Below are positions 38,386-47,563 of a DNA stretch of 64,000 bases, in pieces. The translations under genes were made by a program, and so were the position numbers. The stretch comes from an uncultured Candidatus Saccharibacteria bacterium (GTDB lineage: Bacteria; Patescibacteriota; Minisyncoccia; UBA6257; JAUSGH01), in assembly GCA_964360025.1 (NCBI GenBank), contig CAYHUD010000001.1, forward strand, positions 3,922 through 67,921, written 5' to 3'. Numbering within the stretch: position 1 is the stretch's first letter; the number at the start of each line of letters is the position of its first letter. The notes beneath the pieces are model-generated. The model was not told the DNA's origin, did no database searches, and saw only the letters and a program-made list of their open reading frames with translations.

Positions 38386-39630
38386 TTAAAGCGTCAAACC
38401 GGAGTCCGCAACAAGCGGATATTTTTTTCTGCGGGACTTTTGTTGTAGATAAGCGGCAACGGCAATCATTGCGGCGTTATCAGTGTTGTATTCAAAATCC
38501 GGAGCGAAGAACTCCGCCCCCGCCGCATTCGCGGCTTTTTTCAATTCTTTACGCAAAGTTTTGTTAGCCGCCACGCCGCCGCATAAAAATACCGACTTCG
38601 CGCCGAACTCGCGCACGGCGCGAATAGTTTTTGCAGTTAAAACATCAATCACGGCGAACTGGAAACTCGCCGAGACATCGGACAGCTGCTCTGCCGTCAT
38701 TCTGAAGTCCGACAATTGCCGGACTGAAGAATCTACTGAAGATTCTTCACGAGATCCTTCGCTCCGCTCAGGATGACTTACTAAACTTTTCAAGTAATAC
38801 AAAACCGATGTTTTGAGGCCGGAGAAACTGAATTCGTAATTTTTCTCCCGCATCATCGGGCGCGGGAAGGCGATCGCCTTGCCATTTCCCTTTTTTGCCA
38901 GCTTTTCAATCAGAGGACCGCCGGGGTAGGGCAGGCTCATCATTTTTGCGACTTTATCATACGCCTCGCCGGCGGCATCGTCGCGCGTTTCGCCTATTTT
39001 TTTCCATGTCTTCAAATTTTTCATCACTACAAGAATCGTGTGGCCGCCGGAGACAAGCAGCGCTACTGCCGGAAATTCCAATTTCCAATTTCCAATTTCC
39101 AATTTTGGTAACTCCTCGACAAGCTTGAGGGGTAATTTTTTATTTTTGGGTATTAGATATTGGATATTGGTAATTACAGTTTTTTGCGGCAGTAAAAAAC
39201 TGTACAGATGCCCCTCCAGGTGATTTACGCCTACGAGCGGGATTTTTAATTCTGCAGAAAGTTTTTTTGCGAACTCCACGCCGGTCCAGAGAGAGGGCTC
39301 AAGACCGGGGCCGACGGTGACGGCGAGCAGATCGGGAATAACGAATTTTGAATTATGAATCATGGACTTTTTATTCTTTATTCTTAATTCTTTATTCATA
39401 ATTCGTTTCCAAAGAATCGGCAGATTCTTCAAGTGCTCACGCTTGGCAAGGTTGGGCACCACTCCGCCCCAATGGCTATGGATTTTTGTCTGCGAGGAAA
39501 CCAGATTTTTTAGAACTTTAAAATGCGGGACTAAAACGCTTGGCGTTCGCCCAAGATTCTTCGGCTCCGTAACCTCCACAATGGCCATGGAAGTATCGTC
39601 GCAACTGGTTTCAATAGAGAGAATGCGCAT
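38386..39630 (-). CDS. tsaD: tRNA N6-adenosine threonylcarbamoyltransferase TsaD (Kae1/Gcp family)
   Basis: N-terminal MRILSIETSCDDTSMAIV; contains in-frame family A insertion and a 7-nt x4 tandem repeat. Confidence 0.85.
   Translation of the reverse strand: MRILSIETSCDDTSMAIVEVTEPKNLGRTPSVLVPHFKVLKNLVSSQTKIHSHWGGVVPNLAKREHLKNLPILWKRIMNKELRIKNKKSMIHNSKFVIPDLLAVTVGPGLEPSLWTGVEFAKKLSAELKIPLVGVNHLEGHLYSFLLPQKTVITNIQYLIPKNKKLPLKLVEELPKLEIGNWKLEFPAVALLVSGGHTILVVMKNLKTWKKIGETRDDAAGEAYDKVAKMMSLPYPGGPLIEKLAKKGNGKAIAFPRPMMREKNYEFSFSGLKTSVLYYLKSLVSHPERSEGSREESSVDSSVRQLSDFRMTAEQLSDVSASFQFAVIDVLTAKTIRAVREFGAKSVFLCGGVAANKTLRKELKKAANAAGAEFFAPDFEYNTDNAAMIAVAAYLQQKSRRKKYPLVADSGLTL
38695..38778. repeat. family A palindromic element inserted in frame within tsaD (gtcattctgaag...gaagattcttcacgagatccttcgctccgctcaggatgac)
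   Basis: encodes extra segment SHPERSEGSREESSVDSSVRQLSDFRMTAE. Confidence 0.7.
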
Positions 39631-39632
39631 TG

Positions 39633-39707
39633 TAGTCCCAACGAGATTCGAACTCGTGTTTCTTCCGTGAAAGGGAAGCGTCCTAGACCAGGCTAGACGA
39701 TAGGACC
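39633..39707 (-). tRNA. tRNA-Glu (anticodon UUC)
   Basis: rc: anticodon arm CTTCC-CTTTCAC-GGAAG, T-arm ACGAG-TTCGAAT-CTCGT. Confidence 0.7.
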
Positions 39708-39816
39708 GTCTTTCTCACTATATTAAACTATTTTCCGATATTTTTCAAATAAATCCGTCGTGATCTGATATAATAAAATTATGTTAACTAATCTATATTT
39801 ATACGGGGGGATAGCG

Positions 39817-40173
39817 ATGCTGGCTTTGCGTTTGGTGATGGGGCTGATTTTCATCGTGCACGGCGCGCCGAAATTACGAAATCTGAAGGAAACCGGTATC
39901 TGGCTGGGGAGCGAGGGATTCCGCCCGGGAATTTTCTGGGCGCTAATGCTGGGACTCCTGGAGGTTTTCGGCGGACTGGCTCTGATCATCGGGTTTACCA
40001 CCGAACTTTTCGGACTGCTATTTACCGTGGAGATGATTATCGCCGCCCTCTGGAAAATGAAAAAGAAAATGGGGCTCGTCATGGGCTATGAACTGGATCT
40101 AGCGCTCGCCGCCGCCGCTTTCGTTATCGCCACGCTCGGTCCGGGCATCTACAGTGTTGCCGCTTATCTCTAA
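39817..40173 (+). CDS. DoxX-family membrane protein
   Basis: MLALRLVMGLIFIVHGAPKL N-terminus; 4 TM. Confidence 0.6.
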   Translation: MLALRLVMGLIFIVHGAPKLRNLKETGIWLGSEGFRPGIFWALMLGLLEVFGGLALIIGFTTELFGLLFTVEMIIAALWKMKKKMGLVMGYELDLALAAAAFVIATLGPGIYSVAAYL

Positions 40174-40231
40174 ATTTGTTTTCTGTAAAAAATCTCCGAG
40201 CGCAAAGCCGGAGATTTTTTATTTATAAGAT

Positions 40232-42352
40232 TTATTCCAAATGAATCTTCTTCTGGAAAAGATCAAAACGGTTTTTGAGGGCCGGGAAAGCGCCAAGGGT
40301 CAGATCACGCTTCACAATCATCGCTGCCGCATCGCGGGCGGATTTCACAAGTTCCAGATTATTTAGCCCCTGCATCGCCGCATCGGGAATACCTGTCTGG
40401 CTCTGTCCTAAAAACTCACCCGGTCCGCGAATGGCTAAATCTTTTTCGGCAAGCTCAAAACCATTACGCGCGTCAATCAAGGACTTTAGACGCCGCTCCA
40501 CGCCATCGCTTCCGGAATCGGTGAAAAGCAAACAATATGACTGATGCTCCCTGCGGCCCACGCGCCCGCGAAACTGGTAAAGCTGGGCGAGACCGAAACG
40601 GTCCGCGCCTTCAATCAGCATAATCGTCGCGTTCGGCACATCCACGCCGACCTCAATTACAGAGGTGGAAACAAGAATGTCGGTATTTTTTGCGGCGAAT
40701 TCCGTCATCACCGCCGATTTTTCCTTCGGCTTCATACGGCCGTGAAGCATCGCTAACTTAAACTCGGGGAAGATCTTAATGGAAAGTTTTTCAAACTCTT
40801 CTTTCAACGCCTTGGCCTCGTTCCACTTAAGATGAAGCTCTGTTGTAGAGCCTTCTTTTTCTTCGGCTTTTTCAATTCGCGGATAAATCACAAATGCCTG
40901 CCGGCCTTTTTTAATTTCTGCGCGGATAAAGTCATACGCCTTGGCGCGATTCTCCGGAGCGACGACTTTAGTAATCACGGATTTGCGCCCCTTGGGAAGC
41001 TCCGTAATCGTAGAAAGATCTAGGTCGCCGAAAATGGTGAGTGTCAGCGTGCGCGGGATGGGCGTGGCGCTCATAGAAAGAAAATGGGGGATAAACGACT
41101 GCTTATTTTTTAAAAGCGCGGCGCGCTGAGCGACGCCGAAACGGTGCTGTTCGTCCACGATCGCCAGAGCCAACGACTTCCAATCCACCGATTTTTGGAT
41201 AATGGAGTGCGTGCCGATGACGATTTTAATTTCACCGCTTTTCACCTTTGCCAAAAAATCGGATTTTTTTATTTCGCTTTCCAAACCCTCTTCAAAGAAA
41301 ACTTTGGCTCCGGCTCCGGTCAGGATACCGATCGGTGTTTTCAAATGTCCGAAGGTTCTGATCAAAGTTTTATAATGCTGGCCGGCCAGAACTTCCGTCG
41401 GGGCCATAAACGCCGCCTGGTAACCGGCGCGGGCCGCGACAAAAGCCGCCATGGCGGCGATAACCGTTTTTCCCGAACCGACATCACCCTGAAGCAAGCG
41501 GTTCATCGGGCGCGCTCTCCCGATATCTTCCAGGATTTCCCGCAGACTTTGTTTCTGGGAGGCGGTAAGTTCAAAAGGCAGGCGGCCGACGGTCGCGTCA
41601 ATAAACGCGGCGTCGGCAAGAAGCGCCGGCGCTTTTTCTTTAGCCAATGCCAAACGGAGCTTGATGTTATTTAACTGGAGCAAAAACAAATCTTCAAAGG
41701 CGAATCTTTTCCTCGCCGCGGCGGCGTCTTCGAGACGCTTCGGAAAGTGAATCTCCTGAATGGCGGCGTTGATTTCAGGAAAATCATTTTTTTCCAGAAC
41801 TTCGCGCGGAAGAAAATCGGCGAGCGGCTCAATGTTAGCAAGAATCGGCTTAATCAAATAACGCAGACCTTTGGATGTAAGGCCTTTCGTCTCGGGGTAA
41901 ATAGGGATAAGACCGGCGGTGTGCTTGGTTTCCGAAGAAAAACTGCCGATGACTTCGTAAGAGGGGTTAGAGAGATACATGCCGTCATCGCCGAAAGAAA
42001 CTTTTCCGGCAAAGCTCGCCATGCGTCCCGGGCGGAGAGTTTTTGCGATATACGGCTGGTTAAACCAGACGGCATTCATCGCGCCCGTCTCGTCCTCTAT
42101 CGTCGCCTCCACAATAACCATATGCTTTCTGAAAGTGCGGCGGATACCCACGTGCCTCACGGCGCCCTGAATTGTGGCGTTTTCATTACCCTCCAGATCG
42201 GCGATTTTCGCGACAGTCGTGAAGTCCTCGTAACGCGAGGGAAAGTGCCATAAAAGATCGCGGACGGTTTTGATGCCCAGTTTGCCGATTTTTTGCAAAA
42301 ATCTCGGGGGGAGCCCTTTGATTTTCGCGATTTCAGTGTTGATGGATAACAT
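40232..42352 (-). CDS. recG: ATP-dependent DNA helicase RecG
   Basis: Walker A GDVGSGKT, DEQHRFG, helicase C motifs, N-terminal wedge domain. Confidence 0.9.
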   Translation of the reverse strand: MLSINTEIAKIKGLPPRFLQKIGKLGIKTVRDLLWHFPSRYEDFTTVAKIADLEGNENATIQGAVRHVGIRRTFRKHMVIVEATIEDETGAMNAVWFNQPYIAKTLRPGRMASFAGKVSFGDDGMYLSNPSYEVIGSFSSETKHTAGLIPIYPETKGLTSKGLRYLIKPILANIEPLADFLPREVLEKNDFPEINAAIQEIHFPKRLEDAAAARKRFAFEDLFLLQLNNIKLRLALAKEKAPALLADAAFIDATVGRLPFELTASQKQSLREILEDIGRARPMNRLLQGDVGSGKTVIAAMAAFVAARAGYQAAFMAPTEVLAGQHYKTLIRTFGHLKTPIGILTGAGAKVFFEEGLESEIKKSDFLAKVKSGEIKIVIGTHSIIQKSVDWKSLALAIVDEQHRFGVAQRAALLKNKQSFIPHFLSMSATPIPRTLTLTIFGDLDLSTITELPKGRKSVITKVVAPENRAKAYDFIRAEIKKGRQAFVIYPRIEKAEEKEGSTTELHLKWNEAKALKEEFEKLSIKIFPEFKLAMLHGRMKPKEKSAVMTEFAAKNTDILVSTSVIEVGVDVPNATIMLIEGADRFGLAQLYQFRGRVGRREHQSYCLLFTDSGSDGVERRLKSLIDARNGFELAEKDLAIRGPGEFLGQSQTGIPDAAMQGLNNLELVKSARDAAAMIVKRDLTLGAFPALKNRFDLFQKKIHLE

Positions 42353-42361
42353 TTTAAATAG

Positions 42362-42433
42362 TGCCCTCGTGAGGAATCGAACCTCAATCTGCTGGTTCGA
42401 AGCCAGCCATTCTATCCGTTGAACTACGAGGGC
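42362..42433 (-). tRNA. tRNA-Arg (anticodon UCG)
   Basis: rc: acceptor GCCCTCG/CGAGGGC, anticodon arm GCTGG-CTTCGAA-CCAGC. Confidence 0.7.
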
Positions 42434-42671
42434 AAATGAGGAGAATGTGAAAATGTCTTCATTTATATAAACTCCCTATGCCGCACCCGCAAGCTATGCT
42501 TACGAGGGCAATTTTTACTCCTATATTTTACCACATTTATAATTTGTCTCAAAATTCGGTGCGCAATCATCAAATATGCCCAAAATTATATTTTATTTTT
42601 AGATTAAAAGCAATACTTCACAAATAAGCTTTTTTGTATTATTGTTTGGAGGAAAGAAAATAAGATGGCAA

Positions 42672-42742
42672 GCCCCCATAGCTTAGTGGTAAAGCAGTTG
42701 ACTCTTAATCAATTGACCTTGGTTCGATTCCAAGTGGGGGCA
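42672..42742 (+). tRNA. tRNA-Lys (anticodon CUU)
   Basis: acceptor GCCCCCA/TGGGGGC, anticodon loop CTCTTAA, T-arm CTTGG-TTCGATT-CCAAG. Confidence 0.75.
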
Positions 42743-42774
42743 CAAAAATAATTTAGTTTTACGATAAATGATTT

Positions 42775-42812
42775 TGTCCCCTATCTCGTCCCATGGGACG
42801 AGATAGGGGACA
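42775..42812. repeat. family B palindrome (tgtcccctatctcgtcccatgggacgagataggggaca)
   Basis: direct reading. Confidence 0.85.
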
Positions 42813-42892
42813 AAATAAAAAACACCTCGGCTACAAAGACACTCTTAACAGGAGTGGTTTTGTTTTGAACGTCTTTGTTCCTGAATCCGAAA

Positions 42893-42930
42893 TGTCTACT
42901 ATCTCAAACGATCGTTTGAGATAGTAGACA
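42893..42930. repeat. family B variant palindrome with different centre (tgtctactatctcaaacgatcgtttgagatagtagaca)
   Basis: conserved outer arms ACTATCTC/GAGATAGT, centre replaced by aaacgatcgttt. Confidence 0.8.
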
Positions 42931-42988
42931 TTTGAAAATTAAAATTATCTGATGATTGGAACCGGCAAACGGGCTTGCTTTTTGTCTA

Positions 42989-43017
42989 TTGACATTTTGG
43001 GGATATGGTGCTATAAT
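42989..43017 (+). promoter_or_regulatory. sigma70-type promoter TTGACA-N17-TATAAT (distal of two tandem perfect promoters)
   Basis: direct reading. Confidence 0.5.
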
Positions 43018-43153
43018 ATATATAGCTTTATGACAACAGCGGTTGTGCCGCGCTTCTAGGGGAAGCGTAAGAACTGGCAAAAATTGAGTGTACTTTCAAT
43101 ATTCCTCACTTGCCTGCACCTTATCATCCCCTAAAAGCGCGGATTACGGAGTC

Positions 43154-43182
43154 TTGACACATAACCGCGCGTTTGCTATAAT
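43154..43182 (+). promoter_or_regulatory. sigma70-type promoter TTGACA-N17-TATAAT (proximal; ~100-nt leader to ATG 43292)
   Basis: direct reading. Confidence 0.5.
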
Positions 43183-43291
43183 GGGTAAAGTTTAACTAGT
43201 CGTACTTTGAACTATCAATCTTGGGTTTTTACGGGGCGTGCGCTCCGGAATCTAAGATTGTGAACATAGAAGTGGTTTCGAGGGTACAAAG

Positions 43292-44248
43292 ATGAACCAG
43301 CAGGACGAGACCTTTTTCTGGGGTCGCTTCATCAAGCTGGTGAAGGCGGCCTACGAGCACTTCGTCATCTCGATGACCGCCAAGGAGGCGGTCAGCAAGA
43401 TGGCGGACGAGGCCAAGAAGAGCCTCGATGCGGCCTACCGCCTCAGCGATGACGACCCCACGAGAGGGGAAGCCATCGCCGCGGGGCGGGAGCTCCGCTC
43501 CGCCGCATTCTCCGGGAAGGCGGAGGCGGAAAAGAGCCGCGCTCTGGCGCAGAAGTGCCAGAAGGAAGCGGCGAAAGAAATGCAGAGCGTCATCGCGGAC
43601 GCTCTGCACACCGATTCTGCTCTGCAGGACGCGGAGCGGGGGGCTTGCAACGGCGCGCTCGGCACCCTACAGGCGGCGGTGGCGGGGGGTTCGCTCCCGC
43701 CCGGCGGTCTCAAGACCGCAGAGCTCGTGACCCGACAGGCAGGATATCCCCGCCTCGCCGGGAACATCGCGAAGACCATGGCGGTCTTCGCGATGATCGC
43801 CACCAGAGAAAGCGATCTAGCGGCTGTCTTCCCCGGGTGGTCTGCCGGGTATTACCGGGGAGTCAGGGGGCTCCTCGGTGCTCTCCGGGACCTGGACTGG
43901 AAAATCAAGGTCACGGATCAGCGGGTCCAGGACCTGCGTAAGCAGGACCCGCGGGAAGAACTTCTGGCTGCCGAACGGCGGCTGAAGGAGCTCCAGCGGG
44001 CCGCGTCCGTGAAGGATGCGGTGCTCGCGGAGCTCCGGGTCTCCGTCCCGGAGACCTGGTTCGCCGAGGGCCCCCGGAAGCAGGGCGCTTCCGAGGCCTC
44101 CGCCCCGATCCTCCTCCACCCCGCCACGGAGGTCATCCAGATGGAGACCTCGGTGGCGAAGGATGCCGAGCGCGACGCCCGTAAGGGCAAGCGCGACGCC
44201 GAAAAGGCAGCGAAGGCGGCCAAGCGGACCAACGTCCGCGAGGCCTAG
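43292..44248 (+). CDS. hypothetical alpha-helical protein (318 aa), strongly GC-rich gene
   Basis: long ORF with GC3-rich codons; no recognisable motif. Confidence 0.55.
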   Translation: MNQQDETFFWGRFIKLVKAAYEHFVISMTAKEAVSKMADEAKKSLDAAYRLSDDDPTRGEAIAAGRELRSAAFSGKAEAEKSRALAQKCQKEAAKEMQSVIADALHTDSALQDAERGACNGALGTLQAAVAGGSLPPGGLKTAELVTRQAGYPRLAGNIAKTMAVFAMIATRESDLAAVFPGWSAGYYRGVRGLLGALRDLDWKIKVTDQRVQDLRKQDPREELLAAERRLKELQRAASVKDAVLAELRVSVPETWFAEGPRKQGASEASAPILLHPATEVIQMETSVAKDAERDARKGKRDAEKAAKAAKRTNVREA

Positions 44249-44398
44249 CCACCGACCCGTTATTGCGAGGAACTTCTTCAAGGCAATCACTCAGAAAATC
44301 AACGAGATTGCTTTGTCGAGGACTCCTCGCAATGACGGGGAAGGAAACCGCCGACCCGGGCAAGTCCACTCGACGAGCCCGGGGAACCACACCAGTAA

Positions 44399-44456
44399 CG
44401 AGCCCACCCACACACGAACGAAAACGCGTTCTGTGAGTGGGTGGGCTCAATTTTTT
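44399..44456 (+). terminator. rho-independent terminator (gagcccacccacacacgaacgaaaacgcgttctgtgagtgggtgggctc + T6)
   Basis: long hairpin + T-run. Confidence 0.65.
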
Positions 44457-44477
44457 AAGGATACATATTTGGGGATT

Positions 44478-44610
44478 AGAGATCCTTCGCAAAGCTCAGA
44501 ATGACAAAAATTGTCATCCTGAGTGTTGCACGAAGGATCTCGAAAAAGAGATTCTTCGCAAAGCTCAGAATGACAGAGCTCTGCGTTCAGAATGACGAAA
44601 TAAATAATCT
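44478..44610. repeat. family A repeat array 2
   Basis: units agagatccttcgcaaagctcagaatgaca / tgtcatcctgag..gaaggatctc / gagattcttcgcaaagctcagaatgaca / ttcagaatgacga. Confidence 0.8.
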
Positions 44611-44663
44611 TCAAATATGTGCTCTTAAACAACAAAAAATGGCCCCGGTAAAAGAGGTGAGTT

Positions 44664-45398
44664 ATGGACATCAAGGGAATCCTCAACCAGGCGTTGGAAG
44701 TCGCTGACGTGGTCTATGTCGGCGATGATCGTGAAGTTTCGGTTTTCGCTTTTTTGGAGGAACAAAAGCGACAAGTAGGCCCGGCCTACCAGGCCGCAAA
44801 TGATGTGCGTCATCACTCCAAAATCGGAATGGTGGCGCTGAAGGAGAGTAACTACGCCCTGCTCGCCCTGTGCGCTCAGCGCATCGGAGAGAACATGGCC
44901 ACTCTCCGAAGATTGAACCTCCCCGCCGATCTGCTGTGGCAGCATATCGGCGAGGCTGGGCAGGAAGCCGGGGAGTTCATGCTGGTGCGTGAGCTCCACG
45001 AACTTCTCTTCCCCCGAGGCATGGTGCCCTCGGGATCCGAGCCGTTTGAGGGGGGGATGAATATCCCCTCAGCGACCGATCTCTGCCTCGAGCCGCAGGC
45101 GTGGCTCGCGGCATTGATCGACGCCACGAGCGAGCTGGGCAAGCTCGCCGTGGAACGGATGTGCCGCGGGGACATGACCCGCGCACAACATGTGGCGACG
45201 CTCCGGAGAATGCTGGAGATTGCCCGTACGGTGTACGGCTACCTTCAGAAATTTGAAGGGGCGGTTCCCATGATCATCAACAACAGCCGTCGCAGGGGGT
45301 ATGGAAATACCTTCCGCGGCGCGATGTACCGCATCGAGCGGCTGATTGAGAACAACGAGCTCGCCCTGCTCCGGATGGTGCAGGACGACTCCAAGTAA
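44664..45398 (+). CDS. hypothetical protein (244 aa), strongly GC-rich gene
   Basis: GAGGTG RBS; terminator follows. Confidence 0.55.
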   Translation: MDIKGILNQALEVADVVYVGDDREVSVFAFLEEQKRQVGPAYQAANDVRHHSKIGMVALKESNYALLALCAQRIGENMATLRRLNLPADLLWQHIGEAGQEAGEFMLVRELHELLFPRGMVPSGSEPFEGGMNIPSATDLCLEPQAWLAALIDATSELGKLAVERMCRGDMTRAQHVATLRRMLEIARTVYGYLQKFEGAVPMIINNSRRRGYGNTFRGAMYRIERLIENNELALLRMVQDDSK

Positions 45399-45423
45399 TA
45401 ATCGCCTGCTCGCAGTTTCAGGA

Positions 45424-45452
45424 CCCCCCACGGGATGTGGGGGGTTTTCATT
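45424..45452 (+). terminator. rho-independent terminator (ccccccacgggatgtggggggttttcattttt)
   Basis: hairpin + T-run. Confidence 0.7.
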
Positions 45453-45472
45453 TTTATGGGGAGAGGATCAAG

Positions 45473-45730
45473 TAGAGATTCTTCGCGCGACGCCTGCCTG
45501 CCGGCAGGCAGGCTCAGAATGACAAGGTGTAAAGCTCAGAAAGACAGGAGGAAAACGCGAATCAGGATGACCAAATGCGACGTTTAAGATGACAGAGGGG
45601 AACCGTGTCATCCTGAGGTCTACCGAAGGATCTCGGGATTGAGATTCTTCGCAAGGCCTGCCGGCAGGCAGGCAGGCTCAGAATGACAACGTGTTGCGCT
45701 TAGAACGACAGGGCTCTGCGCTCAGAATGA
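45473..45730. repeat. family A repeat array 3
   Basis: multiple gagattcttcgc..ctcagaatgaca, tgtcatcctgag..gaaggatctc and gcctgcctgccggcaggcaggc modules. Confidence 0.85.
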
Positions 45731-45752
45731 CGAAAAAGTAATAAGATAATTA

Positions 45753-46040
45753 TCAAAGATCCAATGATAAGTCCCTGAAATCAGGATTGTTTTCTTTAAT
45801 AAGAACTTCCTTTTTAATACGCGTCCAGCCTTTTATTTTCTTCTCCGCTAGAATAGCAAACTCTGGAGAATTAAATACTTCGTAGAATATCAGCTTGTTA
45901 AGATTGTATCTCTTTGTAAACCCATCAACTAATTTTTCTTTATGTTCCTGCATCCGACGACGAAGATTGTTGGTCATACCTGTGTATAAAACAGTGTGTA
46001 TTTTATTCGTAATTATATAGACAAAATAATTTTGGTTCAT
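45753..46040 (-). CDS. GIY-YIG nuclease family protein (small, ~96 aa)
   Basis: YFVYIITNKIHTVLYTGMTNNLRRRMQEH; six-frame N-terminal extension is repeat-derived. Confidence 0.75.
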   Translation of the reverse strand: MNQNYFVYIITNKIHTVLYTGMTNNLRRRMQEHKEKLVDGFTKRYNLNKLIFYEVFNSPEFAILAEKKIKGWTRIKKEVLIKENNPDFRDLSLDL

Positions 46041-46047
46041 AAAATTT

Positions 46048-46332
46048 AGAGATTCTTCGCGCGACGCCTGCCTGCCGGCAGGCAGGCTCAGAATGACGGA
46101 GAGTGGTGTCGGCGTCCTGGAATTAAATTCTGTCATCCTGAGCGAAGCGAAGGATCTCGGAATTGAGATTCTTCGCGAAGCTCAGAATGACTAGTGAATG
46201 TTTGTCATCCTGAGACTAGTTTCTGTCATCCTGAGGTTTGACGAAGGATCTCGGAAAAGAGATTCTTCGCGAAGCTCAGAATGACAAGGTGCAAAGCTCA
46301 GAATGACAAAGTGTTGCGCTCAGAATGACAAA
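46048..46332. repeat. family A repeat array 4
   Basis: five or more modules, begins 8 nt upstream of GIY-YIG start. Confidence 0.85.
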
Positions 46333-46340
46333 AATAAAAA

Positions 46341-47396
46341 TTACTTAGCAAAAGGATTCCTTGCACCAATCACTTCAAAGTGCAAATGGCAGCCCGTCGG
46401 GCCGTGGACATTGCCGGTGTTGCCGATATAGGCGATGGTGTCGCCTTGTAAAACATAGTCGCCTACCGAAACGACATTTTTAGAATTATGCGAGTAGCGG
46501 GTTTTCGTATTATTGGGGTGTTCAATCACAATGTAACCGCCATAGCCTTCGTTCCAGCCTCCGCTTTTTGACTCCGCGACCAGCCCCTCCGCCGCCGCGT
46601 AAATAGCCGTGCCGCAGGCGTTCGCGATATCCACGGCATTAAAATTATGCAGCTTGCCCCAGTTCCAGCCGGTAGTCGGAATGGCGTAATACCCCGGAAA
46701 GTTGGGTAACTTAGATGCTGTGGCTACAGTTGCCGGCGGTTTGACATCGGGAATAATTAAATTAACCCCTGCGTAAAGACCCTGGCTCAAAACTCTGGGA
46801 TTATATTTTAAAATACGCGACTCCGGTATGGAAAAAGACGCCGCAATGCTATCCAGCGTCTCACCGCTAGCCACTTGGTAAATAATGCCGGACACGGGCA
46901 AAATAGTAATCTCCTGGCCGATTTTAAGCGACGAACCTTTTACGCTTTTATTCGCCCAATAAATAGTATTTAAAGAGATGCCAAAGTTAGCGGCGATCTT
47001 AGAAAGGGTGTCGCCTTTCTGGATTTTATAAATAATAAGCCCATCGCGATGCACCAGCACGCTACTTTGCGGATTGCCGGTATTCAGGAAAGCCGAGTCG
47101 TCAATAATAAAAGAGCCGGGATCGTCATCGTCGCTCAAAATCATAATGCTATCATCGTCGGGCGCGCCGGATGCGCCCAGAGTGGCATCACTGCCCACAA
47201 AACCCAGCGAAGTTCCGTCACCCGGCCCTCCGCCGTTTCCGCCTTCCGCCGAAAAGGCCGTGCTGACCTCGTTCTGTAAAGAAATATTGATAAAAACGGT
47301 GATAATAAGCAAAACAACCGGTATGGCGACGGTTGCTCGGTGAATATGCTCCCGCAAGTGCTTTATTAACTTAGAAAACTTGTGTATATTTCCCAT
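46341..47396 (-). CDS. LysM-domain M23 family metallopeptidase
   Basis: two LysM-like segments (DTLSKIAANFGI, ETLDSIAASFSI) and M23 C-terminus (…IAYIGNTGNVHGPTGCHLHFEV). Confidence 0.8.
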   Translation of the reverse strand: MGNIHKFSKLIKHLREHIHRATVAIPVVLLIITVFINISLQNEVSTAFSAEGGNGGGPGDGTSLGFVGSDATLGASGAPDDDSIMILSDDDDPGSFIIDDSAFLNTGNPQSSVLVHRDGLIIYKIQKGDTLSKIAANFGISLNTIYWANKSVKGSSLKIGQEITILPVSGIIYQVASGETLDSIAASFSIPESRILKYNPRVLSQGLYAGVNLIIPDVKPPATVATASKLPNFPGYYAIPTTGWNWGKLHNFNAVDIANACGTAIYAAAEGLVAESKSGGWNEGYGGYIVIEHPNNTKTRYSHNSKNVVSVGDYVLQGDTIAYIGNTGNVHGPTGCHLHFEVIGARNPFAK

Positions 47397-47488
47397 TAGG
47401 CGTGATACTTATTTAAAGAAAAATCTACGGAAACGCAGGGTTCACGCTTTCTAAATATAGCATTTATGCGCCTTTTATTCAACCCCGT

Positions 47489-47540
47489 TAGAAGCCGCGA
47501 GGGCACACAGCGCGCCCCCTGCTTCTAACGGGGTCAACCC
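47489..47540. repeat. family D palindrome (ccccgttagaagccgcgagggcacacagcgcgccccctgcttctaacgggg)
   Basis: 12-bp terminal inverted repeats; second copy inside rsmA. Confidence 0.75.
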
Positions 47541-47563
47541 AACACTACCGAGACTCTAAAATA

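Noticed and set aside
39072-39110. 7-nt x4 tandem repeat (ccaattt)n inside tsaD as a phase-variation switch
   Set aside because: Copy-number change would frameshift an essential gene. It is more likely a neutral low-complexity insertion encoding KLEIGNWKLE.
44478-46332. Repeat arrays as CRISPR loci
   Set aside because: Units are of several different module types, mutually complementary, with irregular spacing and no unique spacer series. There are no cas genes apart from a lone Cas2-like domain 40 kb away.
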